Origin: Meiothermus sp.
Lineage (GTDB): Bacteria; Deinococcota; Deinococci; Deinococcales; Thermaceae
Assembly: GCF_037443965.1 (NCBI RefSeq)
Contig: NZ_JBBINI010000014.1
Coordinates: forward strand, 6,431 to 70,430
Reading direction: 5' to 3'
Length of the DNA stretch: 64,000 nucleotides
Positions within the stretch are counted from its first letter, which is position 1, and each line of letters opens with the position of its first letter. Position numbers and translations under genes: made by a program. This document shows, in pieces, positions 48,020-58,785 of the stretch. The notes below the pieces were generated by a model. It searched no databases and had not been told where the DNA came from. It saw nothing but the letters and a program-made list of their open reading frames with translations.

Positions 48020-48679
48020 CTAACCAGGGACTACCTGCGACCACACCGCCACGAAGTGAAAGCTGCTGCCCATCAGCACAAAAAGATGCCAGATGAAATG
48101 GGCATAGGGCAGGCGCTTATTCAGGAAAAAGTAGGTTCCCATCGTATAGGCCAGTCCCCCGGCCACCAACCAGAACAAGCCCCAGCCGGACATGGCTTGC
48201 ATCAAGGGCTGAATAGCCACCACAATCAGCCAGCCCATTGCCAAATACAGCAGGGTCGAGATCAGCTCGAAGCGCCCGGTAAAAAAAATTTTGAACCCAA
48301 TGCCCAGTACCGCCAGACCCCACACCACCCCAAACAGGCTCCAACCCCAAGGGCCGTGGATGGTCACAAGGGTAAAAGGGGTGTAGGTTCCGGCAATCAG
48401 CACGTAGATGGCACAGTGGTCGAGGATTTCCAGACGGGCCTTGGCTTTGGGGCTCAGGGCCCCGTGGTATACGGTGGAAGCCAGGTACATCAGAATCAGC
48501 GCCGCGCTAAAAACACAAGCCCCCACAACCTGCCATACATTGCCGTGCAGCGCAGTAAAGGTGATGAGCACCGCGCAGGCCGCCACGCTCGCTACCACCC
48601 CCAGGCCGTGGGTGAGGGTGTTGAGCCGCTCTTCTCTGCTGCGTATCAGACGATGGGTTGTCGGATCTACCTGGGCCAT
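48020..48679 (-). CDS. Hemolysin III/PAQR family membrane protein
   Basis: EERLNTLTHG, STVYH, LDHCAIY.LIAGTYTP, HFIWHLFVL.GS..H. Confidence 0.92.
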   Translation of the reverse strand: MAQVDPTTHRLIRSREERLNTLTHGLGVVASVAACAVLITFTALHGNVWQVVGACVFSAALILMYLASTVYHGALSPKAKARLEILDHCAIYVLIAGTYTPFTLVTIHGPWGWSLFGVVWGLAVLGIGFKIFFTGRFELISTLLYLAMGWLIVVAIQPLMQAMSGWGLFWLVAGGLAYTMGTYFFLNKRLPYAHFIWHLFVLMGSSFHFVAVWSQVVPG

Positions 48680-48786
48680 ATACCTACCCCTGGGCCAGCA
48701 TACGCGATAGAAGCCGAGGGTATGCAAGCAGCGAACTGCCTCGAGCCTTCCGCAGCCGCCGGATGTTGCTGAACTTGGGATTTTGG

Positions 48787-49064
48787 GTATCCGGTTTCAT
48801 AGAGATACTCATTAAATCTCAACGAGGCACATCTTTGTGAAGCTAAGCGGGCTTCCTTCCAAGGGGCGGTATCGCCCTCCGCTACGCGGATAACTTCCAA
48901 GGGGCGGTATCGCCCTCCGCTACGCGGATAACTTCCAAGGGGCGGTATCGCCCTCCGCTACGCGGATAACTTCCAAGGGGCGGTATCGCCCTCCGCTACG
49001 CGGATAACTTCGGTCGGGGTGAACCATCTTTGTTCATGAGACGGTTCACCCAAACTCGGTATGA
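48787..49064. repeat. Composite palindromic repeat of the 42290 family carrying a tandem expansion
   Basis: Left hairpin (ttcatagagat..atctttgtgaa), 4 x 38 bp, then TTCGGTCGG hinge, GGTGAACC..GGTTCACC hairpin and CGGTATGA end. Confidence 0.6.
48856..49007. repeat. Four perfect 38-bp tandem copies
   Basis: CTTCCAAGGGGCGGTATCGCCCTCCGCTACGCGGATAA at 48856, 48894, 48932, 48970; no spacers. Confidence 0.97.
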
Positions 49065-49130
49065 AAAGCCTAAAGACGTATGACCTCGACTCTCACCTGC
49101 CATGCGTTCGTGGAGTCGTAGGGTGGGAAC

Positions 49131-50537
49131 ATGAGGCTCCTAGCACTGGGTGTTGTTTCGCTGACCCTAGGATGGACAGGTTGCGACTCGGCGCAGGTGC
49201 AGCCGCCGGCGCCACCGGCCGGCGATATCTTTCAGCTCAACCGCGCGTTGGGCCGAGGGGTGAACTTTGGCAACGCCCTCGAGGCCCCCAAAGAAGGGGA
49301 GTGGGGCCTAACCCTGGAGGAAGGTTTTTTCGATCTGGTCAAGCAAGGCGGCTTCAAGACCATCCGCTTGCCCATCAGTTGGACCCATCACGCCAGCAAG
49401 GCCGCCCCTTACACCATCAACCCGGCTTTCTTCGAGCGCGTGGATTGGGCCATCGCGCAGGCCACCCGGCGCGGCCTCAACCTCATCGTCAACGTGCACC
49501 ACTACGACGAGCTCAACGCCAACCCCCAGGCCGAAGAAGCCCGCTACCTGACCATCTGGAAGCAGATCGCCGAGCGCTACCAAAACCAACCCCACAGCGT
49601 GTACTTCGAACTGCTCAACGAACCCCACGGCCGGTTCAACGACAACCCCGAACTGTGGAACGATCTACTGGCCAAAGCCCTGCGGGTGGTGCGGGAGAGC
49701 AACCCCAGCCGGGCCGTGATTGTGGGGCCGGTGGGTTGGAACGCGCTGTGGCGACTGCCTGAACTGCGCCTGCCTGCCGACCGCCATCTGATTGTGACCG
49801 TTCACTACTACGAGCCCTTCGCCTTCACCCACCAGGGGGCCGAATGGGTTAGCCCCTCGCCCCCAACCGGCGTAACCTGGACGCCAACCCAAGGTACGTT
49901 CGCTGCAGGCTGGCAAGACTGGTCGTGGGACAGCCAAATTGGTTTTGTGGGTCAGGCTTTGGAGGTCACCTACCAAAAAGGCTGGGCTGGGTTCTATTTG
50001 CATTCGGACTTTGGAGCGGACGGGTACGATAGCCTCGCCTTCAAGACCGGCGCACCGGTGAGCCTGCAGGTGTCGTGCCGCCGCGATACCCCCGCCAAAG
50101 CCGTCACGACCGCGGGTGACGGGGCGGAAACGCGGGTGCGTTTGACGGAGTGTGGCAACCCCAGCAAGCTTACAGATCTGATTCTGCAGAACAACACCCC
50201 CAACGCCCAGCCCACCTTTCGCTTGGAAGAATTGGAGTTGCGGGGCCCCGGACACGCCTTATCTTTGCTCTCCAACCAACAAAACGCCATCGCTCAAGCC
50301 CTGGAGTTTGCCCAGCGGTGGGCTTTGCAAAACCAGCGTCCCATCTTTGTGGGGGAGTTTGGGGCCTACGAAAAGGGCGACCTGGACTCGAGGGTGCGCT
50401 GGACAAGGGCGGTGCGTTCCGAAATCGAGAAGCGCGAGTTTAGCTGGGCCTACTGGGAGTTCGGCGCCGGTTTCGGCCTCTACGACCGCGCGGCGCACCA
50501 GTGGCGGGAACCCTTGCTGAAAGCGCTGCTGCCGTGA
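49131..50537 (+). CDS. GH5 endoglucanase (Cel5A-like) with inserted beta-rich module
   Basis: RGVNFGNALEAP, ELLNEP (acid/base), HYYEP, FVGEFG (nucleophile), WAYWEF; lipobox-like WTGC. Confidence 0.92.
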   Translation: MRLLALGVVSLTLGWTGCDSAQVQPPAPPAGDIFQLNRALGRGVNFGNALEAPKEGEWGLTLEEGFFDLVKQGGFKTIRLPISWTHHASKAAPYTINPAFFERVDWAIAQATRRGLNLIVNVHHYDELNANPQAEEARYLTIWKQIAERYQNQPHSVYFELLNEPHGRFNDNPELWNDLLAKALRVVRESNPSRAVIVGPVGWNALWRLPELRLPADRHLIVTVHYYEPFAFTHQGAEWVSPSPPTGVTWTPTQGTFAAGWQDWSWDSQIGFVGQALEVTYQKGWAGFYLHSDFGADGYDSLAFKTGAPVSLQVSCRRDTPAKAVTTAGDGAETRVRLTECGNPSKLTDLILQNNTPNAQPTFRLEELELRGPGHALSLLSNQQNAIAQALEFAQRWALQNQRPIFVGEFGAYEKGDLDSRVRWTRAVRSEIEKREFSWAYWEFGAGFGLYDRAAHQWREPLLKALLP

Positions 50538-50573
50538 AATGCCTGGCACCCATTCGACCGCCGATACCTGGTT

Positions 50574-51443
50574 TTAGCCTGTATCGGGTGTAATCTGCTC
50601 GGGGTGGGGCTTCTCGCTTTTGAGCTGGCTGATCAGGGTGGCGGCCACAATAAAACCCGCGCCCACCCAGCCCTGGAGGCCCAGGCGCTCGTCCAGCAAG
50701 AAGAAGGCGAAGGCCGTGGCATACACGGGCTCGAGGGTAAAAATGACCGCTGCCTGCGGCGCGGGAACCAGGCGCTGACCCAGGGCCTGCAACCAGACAC
50801 ACAGCGCCGAAGCCACCAAACCCAAGTACAGCAGGGAAAAGTAGGGAAAGTTGGCGGCATTCCAGGTAGGCTCCTCCCCGAGCATCCAGGCCAGCGAACC
50901 CAGCGCGACCGCCAGCATCTGGATACCCGTCAGGGGCAGGGCCGCAAAGCGCCGGGCAAAGCGCTCCAACCGCCAGATATAAACCGCATACGAAAGCGCG
51001 GTGCCCAGCGTCCACAAATCGCCCAGGTTGGGGGGCGAACCATCGTACGAGAGAAGCCCCACCCCCCCAATGGCCAGCCCAGCTGCCAACCAGATGGGCC
51101 AGCCCAGGCGGTGTCCTAGCATTCCCAGCAGCATCGGCAGGGCCACCACATACAGCGTGGTAATGAAGGCGCTGCGGCTGGCCGTGGTGTATTGCAGGCC
51201 CACGGTCTGGGTGAGGTAGGCCACAAAAAGCAGTGCGCCCAGCTCGAGGCCGGCCCGCCATAGCCTCGCGTCGCGCTGGAGCAAAAACGGTGCAAACAAC
51301 AGAGTGGCGATTGCAAAACGCACAAAATTGATCTGCCCTGGCTCCAGGGTTTGCAGGCTGTCCTTGACCAGCACAAAGGTGCTGCCCCAAAAAAGGGTGG
51401 CCAGGTTGAGATAGAGCAATCCTAGAAGCTGGCTCCGACGCAC
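50574..51443 (-). CDS. EamA/DMT family transporter
   Basis: FWGSTF, TTASRSAFIT, FTLEPVYA. Confidence 0.88.
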   Translation of the reverse strand: MRRSQLLGLLYLNLATLFWGSTFVLVKDSLQTLEPGQINFVRFAIATLLFAPFLLQRDARLWRAGLELGALLFVAYLTQTVGLQYTTASRSAFITTLYVVALPMLLGMLGHRLGWPIWLAAGLAIGGVGLLSYDGSPPNLGDLWTLGTALSYAVYIWRLERFARRFAALPLTGIQMLAVALGSLAWMLGEEPTWNAANFPYFSLLYLGLVASALCVWLQALGQRLVPAPQAAVIFTLEPVYATAFAFFLLDERLGLQGWVGAGFIVAATLISQLKSEKPHPEQITPDTG

Positions 51444-51679
51444 AAAGAAGAGTCTACGTACAAGGCAGCCGCAAATCCAGGCTGTTCAAAGCAAAGCCCC
51501 ATTGTGAATCTCGGACGCGTCCCTTGGTGTACGGGGATCGCCCCTAATAAATGCCGCCAGAATGCGATTTCTCATTGAATATGGGGCGATAAATAGCGGG
51601 GAAAGCAGTATAATTTCATGATGGCCCATCATCTATACGGTCTGCGCTGCTACAGCGTCGCAGGAGGTGAGCTATCCCC

Positions 51680-52843
51680 ATGTTGAGCAAAACGCAAATC
51701 CAGCAGCTACACCAAAACATCGCCCAACACCCAGCGCCGGTATTGTCGCTGTACCTGAGCGTAAACCCCGCCAACCCCGACAACAATGGTAAAGCCTATG
51801 TGCTGCGGGCCAAGGAAGCTTTGGAGCGCCTCGAGGTTCCGGCAGCCCTCCGCAAGAAGGTCTCGCAACAACTGCAACACTACATTCCCCAAGGCCGTAC
51901 CCGTGCTCTTTTTGTCGCAGAGAACCTGTTTGAAGACTATCACCTGCAAGTCGAACTGCCCTTGCTCGATCCGCGCGCGGGGGTGGAGGCGCACTGGGGT
52001 ACCCCCTACCTGACACCGCTGCTATTTGCCCTCGATGAGCACCAGCGCTACGGCGTGGTGCACATGGATCAGGAACGCCTGCGCCTGTTCGAGGTATTTC
52101 TGGGTGAGATCGAAGAAATAGCGGACGCCTTTCGCCTGCTGGACACCCACAACTGGCGCTACCTGGGCGAAGACCGCACCGGTACACCCGGTCGCAGTGC
52201 CTCGCCCGCAGTCGGCCCGGTGGGGGTGGCGGCTCGAGGAGGCTCGGGCAAAGATAAGTTCCAACGGCGGGTGGACGAGTGGAGCCAGCGCTTCTTCCGC
52301 GAGGCTGGAACCATCTTGCAGCATCAGATGCTCGAGCGCGGCATGGAGCGGCTCATTCTGTTGGGTGTACCCGAGGAAGCCAAACCCCTACTGCCGGGGC
52401 CGGTAGCCGAGAAAGTGGGGGCGATCTTGCCCGCCCTGCACACCCCGGTGCCCAGCGCTGCCGAGGTGCTCAAAGCCGTATCCGAGGTGATCGAGCGGGT
52501 CGAGCGCAGCGAGGAGGAAGCCCTGCTGGAGCAGGTGCGACAAAAAGGGGTGGGTGGCCTCGAGCAGGTGCTAAGCTTGCTGCAAGAAGGTCGCTTGCAG
52601 TATGTGCTGGTGCCCTGGCATCTTCAGGAGAAAGCCTGGCGCTGCGCTGATGGTTGGGTGGGTAGCAGCCCTCAGGCTGCGCAGGCCCACAGCCCCGGCC
52701 AGCCTGTGGAGGAGGTAGAGCTCAAGCAGGCGCTGCCTGAGCTGGCGGCCAGGTACGGCACCGAACTCGAGTTTGTACACGGTGCAGTAGAGGAGCGCCT
52801 GCGGCGTGAGCTGGGGGGTCTGGCCGGCATGGTGCGATGGTAA
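51680..52843 (+). CDS. aeRF1-like (baeRF/VLRF1) protein, Balon/Rv2629-like, copy 2
   Basis: Paralog of 26399..27535 (LSLYL.VNPANPDN.GKAYVLR, WG.PYLTP, GLAGMVRW); no GGQ. Confidence 0.75.
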   Translation: MLSKTQIQQLHQNIAQHPAPVLSLYLSVNPANPDNNGKAYVLRAKEALERLEVPAALRKKVSQQLQHYIPQGRTRALFVAENLFEDYHLQVELPLLDPRAGVEAHWGTPYLTPLLFALDEHQRYGVVHMDQERLRLFEVFLGEIEEIADAFRLLDTHNWRYLGEDRTGTPGRSASPAVGPVGVAARGGSGKDKFQRRVDEWSQRFFREAGTILQHQMLERGMERLILLGVPEEAKPLLPGPVAEKVGAILPALHTPVPSAAEVLKAVSEVIERVERSEEEALLEQVRQKGVGGLEQVLSLLQEGRLQYVLVPWHLQEKAWRCADGWVGSSPQAAQAHSPGQPVEEVELKQALPELAARYGTELEFVHGAVEERLRRELGGLAGMVRW

Positions 52844-53043
52844 TCCGTGGTGATGGCTGGAGGTTTTTTGGCTAGTGCCGACCTCGGCCAAACCGTGGCC
52901 TTTCCGGGTTGCATCCTGGTGTTGTACGAAGGGTAGATGCTGAATCAGTGGGTTGCTGGAGAGGCCACCGAAGGAAAACTGGGTTTGCTACTGGCCGGTG
53001 TGAAAGCCAGATACCGCCGGCCTGGGCGAGGTTGTGAATGATG

Positions 53044-53844
53044 TTATCCAAGAGCTACATCCAGGGCCATCATCACCACAAAACCCAGCATCAAAGCCAG
53101 GGTGGCCAGGTCGGCGTTGCCGCTGTGGAACATCTCCGGAACGACTTCCTCCACCACTACAAAAATCATGGCTCCAGCCGCAAAGCTCAGCGCGTAGGGC
53201 AGTAGGGGCTGAGCGATCAACACAAAGGCTGCTCCCAGCACCCCGGCTGGAACTTCAACGGTGGCCGATAGCTGGCCAAACCAAAAACTCTTCAAAGGGG
53301 ATAACCCCTCCCGTCGCAGCGGCATAGCCACCGCCAAGCCTTCGGGAAAATTCTGCAGCCCAATTCCAAGGGCCAGCGCGATGGCGCCTCCCAGGGTGGC
53401 CTCGGGGATGCCGTAGGCCATCGCCCCAAAGGCTACCCCCACAGCCAGACCTTCGGGGATGTTGTGCAGGGTGATGGCCAGTACCAGCAAAATGCTGCGT
53501 TGCCAATTGGTTTTGGGGCCTTCGGCGGACTCGAGGGGCTGTTTGAGGTGCAGGTGTGGCAGGATTTTGTCCGCGCTCCACACGAAAGCTCCACCCAGCA
53601 AAAAACCTGTTGCTACCGGAATCCACTGGCCTTGGGTCATTTCCAGGGCAGGCGCCAGCAGCGACCAGTAGCTAGCCGCCAGCATCACCCCTCCTGCGAA
53701 GCCCAGTAGGGCATCGAGCAGGCGGGGGTTGACCTCTCGGGTCGCCAAGACGGTGGCGGCTCCCAGCGCAGTGACACCCCAGGTGAAGCCAGTAGCCAGC
53801 AGGGTCTGGTAAAGGGGAGGTAGGGTTTCCAGCCAGTGCCACAT
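53044..53844 (-). CDS. ZIP family (GufA/ZupT-like) metal transporter
   Basis: [32 protein letters not shown]. Confidence 0.92.
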   Translation of the reverse strand: MWHWLETLPPLYQTLLATGFTWGVTALGAATVLATREVNPRLLDALLGFAGGVMLAASYWSLLAPALEMTQGQWIPVATGFLLGGAFVWSADKILPHLHLKQPLESAEGPKTNWQRSILLVLAITLHNIPEGLAVGVAFGAMAYGIPEATLGGAIALALGIGLQNFPEGLAVAMPLRREGLSPLKSFWFGQLSATVEVPAGVLGAAFVLIAQPLLPYALSFAAGAMIFVVVEEVVPEMFHSGNADLATLALMLGFVVMMALDVALG

Positions 53845-53852
53845 GTCATCCC

Positions 53853-54920
53853 TCAGCGTCTGGTACCCACCAGATACACTGCTCCCCAGGGTTTGTAGCG
53901 GCTCTCGAGCACGTCCTGCCGAACCTCCCCATTTTGCATCCGAACCGTGCGGTAAACCCGCACCAGCGCCCCCTCGGCGGCGAAGTCAATTTGTCGGCGG
54001 TATCCGGCGGGTAGGGAGGCATCGTAGATGTAGCGGGTGGGCAGGGGAGGGGTGCGCCACAGAACGACCGGCCCTTGCCAGGTGACGTCGCGGTCTTTGC
54101 GGCCGAAAAAGCGAAAAATCAGGTCGTTTCCCTGGATGGAGGTCTGGATGAGCAGGTGGCCGGGGGTATCGTTTTTGAAGCGCAGGTCCTTGGGAGGGGC
54201 GGTGGTGGCGTCCAGGCCGGTGGGTTTGTAGTAGCCCACCTGGTAGCTGTGGGGGTGGCGTTCGACAATAGGCAAGCCACTGAAATAAGCCGCACGAAAA
54301 AGTGTGGTACAGACTTGGCAGACCCCACCCCCTACATCCCACACGGTCTGATCGCCCCGAATGACCCAGGCCTTCTGGTAGCCGGCCGCCTCGGTGACCG
54401 GCCCCAGGGTGCGGTTGAAGGAAAATACCGTGCCGGGGGGTATCTGAACGCCATCAAACCTGGAGGAGGCCAGCCGGATGTTGTGAATCCGGCTGGGGGG
54501 TGAGCCAGCGAAGTTGGTGCGTCCTTCGCCCACCAGGCTCACAATGCCGCGCTGCCAGAGGTCGTGGACGCTTGGTTTGGGCAGCTCGAGGGTTACCGGC
54601 AGCACAAACTCGCGTTTACCGGCCTCGAGGGCCGCTCGATAAGCCGTTAGAACAGCCTTTGCATCAAAGCGATAACCCAGTTTCTGCACCGCAATCCAGC
54701 CCCGGCTCTGGTCGAAGACAAAATGCGCGGGGCGGGGGGCGCGGCTCTGTTGCTGAAGCAACTGCTGCAGCCCTTCTTCGTTCTGGATAGGGTAACGCTG
54801 GGTTCCGATGTACTCCACCACGTTCCCCTTCTCCAGCACTTGTTCACGAACCACCAAAACCGCATCGGGCCCTGCCAAGGCCATCGAGAGCAGGCTGAGT
54901 AGTGTGACCAGCGCACGCAT
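53853..54920 (-). CDS. VanW family protein
   Basis: [43 protein letters not shown]. Confidence 0.9.
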   Translation of the reverse strand: MRALVTLLSLLSMALAGPDAVLVVREQVLEKGNVVEYIGTQRYPIQNEEGLQQLLQQQSRAPRPAHFVFDQSRGWIAVQKLGYRFDAKAVLTAYRAALEAGKREFVLPVTLELPKPSVHDLWQRGIVSLVGEGRTNFAGSPPSRIHNIRLASSRFDGVQIPPGTVFSFNRTLGPVTEAAGYQKAWVIRGDQTVWDVGGGVCQVCTTLFRAAYFSGLPIVERHPHSYQVGYYKPTGLDATTAPPKDLRFKNDTPGHLLIQTSIQGNDLIFRFFGRKDRDVTWQGPVVLWRTPPLPTRYIYDASLPAGYRRQIDFAAEGALVRVYRTVRMQNGEVRQDVLESRYKPWGAVYLVGTRR

Positions 54921-54971
54921 GACCCCCTCCAATCAACCCCACATTTCCCATATTCAAGCTAGGTTCCAAAG

Positions 54972-54988
54972 ATTACCAAGGCATTACC
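54972..54988 (-). promoter_or_regulatory. GGTAAY-N5-GGTAAY box 8
   Basis: GGTAAT GCCTT GGTAAT, 10 nt, TAGCTT; upstream of the VanW gene. Confidence 0.75.
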
Positions 54989-54999
54989 CACGACCAGGC

Positions 55000-55016
55000 G
55001 GTAATCGTCTGGTAAT
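55000..55016 (+). promoter_or_regulatory. GGTAAY-N5-GGTAAY box 9
   Basis: GGTAAT CGTCT GGTAAT, 10 nt, TAGGGT; upstream of the MalK-like gene. Confidence 0.75.
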
Positions 55017-55046
55017 GCCCAACGACTAGGGTGAAAGCTGAAAGGA

Positions 55047-56156
<1,110 letters not shown>

Positions 56157-56190
56157 GGTAGGGAAACGGGTGGTGTGTCTTGGGTTCTAG

Positions 56191-56264
56191 CTCCCTTTGG
56201 TCGGCTCGAACCCTTCACCTTTGATCACACCCACAGGTGAAGGGTTCAAGCGGAATCGGTATTA
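56191..56264 (-). repeat. Half copy of the 42290 palindromic repeat
   Basis: Reverse complement matches the first ~75 nt of 42290-42429. Confidence 0.8.
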
Positions 56265-56281
56265 GCCCCTGCCGGATGCTG

Positions 56282-56298
56282 GGTAATGCCCTGGTAAT
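56282..56298 (+). promoter_or_regulatory. GGTAAY-N5-GGTAAY box 10
   Basis: GGTAAT GCCCT GGTAAT, 10 nt, TACGTT; upstream of USP 56403. Confidence 0.75.
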
Positions 56299-56402
56299 AA
56301 CCTCGGTTTACGTTCGAATAAAGCGGTGCCGGGAATGCTCAATCTACCTGAGACCACCAGGCACCCCGGCTCGTAAAGGGCAGTTTGAAGGCAGGTGAGC
56401 TT

Positions 56403-57311
56403 ATGGAACCCTTCTTCAAGCACTTTCTGATTGCGACCGATGGCAGCGAGTCCAGCGATAAGGCGGTGCGGGTGGGCCTCGAGCTGGCGGCCCGCCTGGG
56501 GGCCGATGCCGAGATTCTCAACGTGCTCGAGTATGGCGAAGAACCTGCCGACCCCGGCTTGCGAACCCGCTTGACCATGTTGCGCGACATAGACCGGCAC
56601 CACGGCAAGCTGGCCCTCGAGCAGGCCGCGGAACTGGCCAGAAAGTTGGGGGTTGGGTGCAGAACCCTTCAGCCCACCGGCCTTCCTGAGCAGGTGATCG
56701 TGCAGAAAGCCCCGGACTTCGACCTGATTGTCCTGGGTACCCACGGGCGCAGTGGCGTGAAACGTTGGGTGATGGGCTCCGTGGCTGAAGCGGTGCTATC
56801 GCGCAGCCCCAAGCCCGTGCTGGTGGTACATGAGTCCTATACGCCCCCAATTTTGGAACCTGAGGCGGCGCCCTACCAGAACTTGCTAATTGCGACCGAT
56901 GGCAGTGATTGTAGCCAGCAAGCCACCGAGTACGGTCTGCGGCTGGCGAAAGCCCTGGGAGCCGAGGTCACTTTTTTGTCTGTAGTAAGTATGCTCACCC
57001 GTCCTCAAGGGGCAGGCCTGGCGCTGTCGCAGGCCCTGAGCTTGGTGGAGGAAGAGGCGCAAACCCAGGCCGAGGCCATGCTGGAACAAGCACGGGCCAA
57101 AGCGCAGCAAGCTGGTGTGAGCGCAAGGGTCAAGCTGATGCAGGGCCGACCCGTAGACGCCATCGTCAAGCAAGCTTTGCTGCACGACCTGCTGTTGATG
57201 GGCACCCACGGGCGCACCGGGCTGGACAAGCTGATGATGGGTTCGGTGGCGGAAGGGGTGGTGCGCCGCAGCCAGACGCCGGTGTTGGTGGTTCCCTGCC
57301 CTGAAGCCTAG
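56403..57311 (+). CDS. Universal stress protein (tandem)
   Basis: FLIATDGS and LLIATDGS; two GTHGR.G..MGSVAE motifs. Confidence 0.93.
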   Translation: MEPFFKHFLIATDGSESSDKAVRVGLELAARLGADAEILNVLEYGEEPADPGLRTRLTMLRDIDRHHGKLALEQAAELARKLGVGCRTLQPTGLPEQVIVQKAPDFDLIVLGTHGRSGVKRWVMGSVAEAVLSRSPKPVLVVHESYTPPILEPEAAPYQNLLIATDGSDCSQQATEYGLRLAKALGAEVTFLSVVSMLTRPQGAGLALSQALSLVEEEAQTQAEAMLEQARAKAQQAGVSARVKLMQGRPVDAIVKQALLHDLLLMGTHGRTGLDKLMMGSVAEGVVRRSQTPVLVVPCPEA

Positions 57312-57407
57312 TGCGGTTCTCGGAGAAAATCCAGCGATCCTCTGGGGCTAGCGGCAAAATAGAGGGAGCCGCGACAGAACAGTGCTTCCTAGCCCATTCG
57401 AAGGAGG

Positions 57408-57683
57408 TCAGTGTCTGAGCAGGCGCACGGCCTCTACGATGGCCTTGGTGTCCCCCTGGCCTTTGGCCAGGTCGGCCCGGCACTCTTCCAGGTAGGTTTC
57501 AAAGATGAGGTCGCCGGTGGCTTCCAGGGCGCTTCTGATGCCAGCCAGCAGCGTTAAGATCTCGCGGCAGTCGCGGTCTTCTTCCACCATCTTTTGCAGG
57601 CCCCGAACCTGTCCCTCCAGCCGCTTGAGCCGGTTTAGGACGCGGGTACGGGCCTCGAGGTCGTGTTTCTTGACAGTGCGCAT
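57408..57683 (-). CDS. CsoR/RcnR family repressor
   Basis: RLKRLEGQVRGLQKM, DC, LEEC; start at ATG 57683. Confidence 0.9.
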   Translation of the reverse strand: MRTVKKHDLEARTRVLNRLKRLEGQVRGLQKMVEEDRDCREILTLLAGIRSALEATGDLIFETYLEECRADLAKGQGDTKAIVEAVRLLRH

Positions 57684-57686
57684 AGC

Positions 57687-57704
57687 GTATCCCCAGGGGG
57701 TATC
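57687..57704. promoter_or_regulatory. CsoR-type C/G-tract operator 1
   Basis: GTATCCCCAGGGGGTATC immediately before the repressor ATG. Confidence 0.7.
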
Positions 57705-57750
57705 GTACCCCAAGGTGCCTGCTCCTTCCAACAGCGGAGCTCGAGCCACG

Positions 57751-58563
57751 CTATTCCAACTGCCGCAGAAGCTCTTCAAGCTGGGCCCGGTTCACCGGCC
57801 CTAAGTGGCGGGCCCGCACCTTGCCGTCGGGGCCGATGAGCAGGGTGGTGGGCAGCCCGCTTACCTGGAAGGCCTGTTGCAAGCCGGCGCTGTCCAGGAA
57901 AACCCGTGCCGAAAGCCCGGTCTGGGCTAAAAAGCCCTGGATGGCCCCTACGTCCTCGCCGGCGTTGAGCAGCACGATGGGGTAGCCCTTCTGCTGGTAC
58001 TCCACCAAAAGGGGCATCTCGGCCCGGCAGGGGGGGCACCAGGTGGCCCAGAAGTTGAGCAGCATGGGTTTGGGGAGTTCGGCAAAGCGCACTTCCAGAG
58101 GGCGGGTTTGGGCGGGCTCGAGGTACTGCAGAACGCGGCTGGCATACTCGGGCGGGGTGGAGGGCTGGGCAGGCCGGGTCAGGCTAAACTGCACCCCCAG
58201 GGGCAGCAAGGCCAGCGCCAGCGCCGCGCCGCCCGGTAACAGGAGCCTGGGGCTTTCCCGGCGCACGATGAGCGCCGCCGCCAAGGCCCCCACCGGAACC
58301 CCTACCCACCAGTTCCAGCCGCCGCTGCGGATGTCCACAAGGCCCAGAAGGGCGGCCCCCAGGCTGGGCCAGGTGGAGAGGTGGGCCACCACATAGCCCA
58401 TCCGGGCGGCCAGGAGCGTAGCCAGCAGTACCCACCAGGCTTTGCTTTCCAGGCCTTGCCGGGCAGCCAGCCAGGTAAAGGCCAGAATGCCCACCAGCAG
58501 GGCCAGGTTGGGCCAGCTCAGGGCCAGGGGGCCCAGCAAAAGGGCGTCCGGGGTGAGTTTCAT
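57751..58563 (-). CDS. TlpA-like thiol-disulfide oxidoreductase with N-terminal membrane (Lgt-like) domain
   Basis: LLAARMGYV; NFWATWCPPCRAEMP; GLPTT. Confidence 0.88.
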   Translation of the reverse strand: MKLTPDALLLGPLALSWPNLALLVGILAFTWLAARQGLESKAWWVLLATLLAARMGYVVAHLSTWPSLGAALLGLVDIRSGGWNWWVGVPVGALAAALIVRRESPRLLLPGGAALALALLPLGVQFSLTRPAQPSTPPEYASRVLQYLEPAQTRPLEVRFAELPKPMLLNFWATWCPPCRAEMPLLVEYQQKGYPIVLLNAGEDVGAIQGFLAQTGLSARVFLDSAGLQQAFQVSGLPTTLLIGPDGKVRARHLGPVNRAQLEELLRQLE

Positions 58564-58694
58564 CGGCTATACACCACCCATCCCAGCGCCAGCAGCGCGA
58601 TCCAGGGGGCTACCCGGCATAATGAAAACCCACGTAAACGGCAGGCCAGCCCGCTGCGCAGGCGCTCCACCCCAACTTTTATAAACCGCGTCAT
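58560..58694 (-). CDS. Unlisted 44-aa small membrane protein coupled to TlpA
   Basis: MTRFIKVGVERLRSGLACRLRGFSLCRVAPWIALLALGWVVYSR; its TGA overlaps the TlpA ATG (ATGA). Confidence 0.45.
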   Translation of the reverse strand: MTRFIKVGVERLRSGLACRLRGFSLCRVAPWIALLALGWVVYSR

Positions 58695-58705
58695 ATCCAG
58701 GGTCA

Positions 58706-58726
58706 TTATACCCCAGGGGGATATAA
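58706..58726. promoter_or_regulatory. CsoR-type operator 2 overlapping TATAAT
   Basis: TTATACCCCAGGGGGATATAA. Confidence 0.7.
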
Positions 58727-58785
58727 TCTGCAAAAGTTAGGGAAATTCCCATGCACAACACACAGGAATAGCGCATACGTTGGGA

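Noticed and set aside
48856-49007. CRISPR array
   Set aside because: The units are contiguous and identical with no spacers, and no cas genes are present.
52839-52854. GGTAAT..GGTGAT as an eleventh box
   Set aside because: Spacing is 10 rather than 11, it derives from the Trp-stop codons, and no gene follows on that strand.
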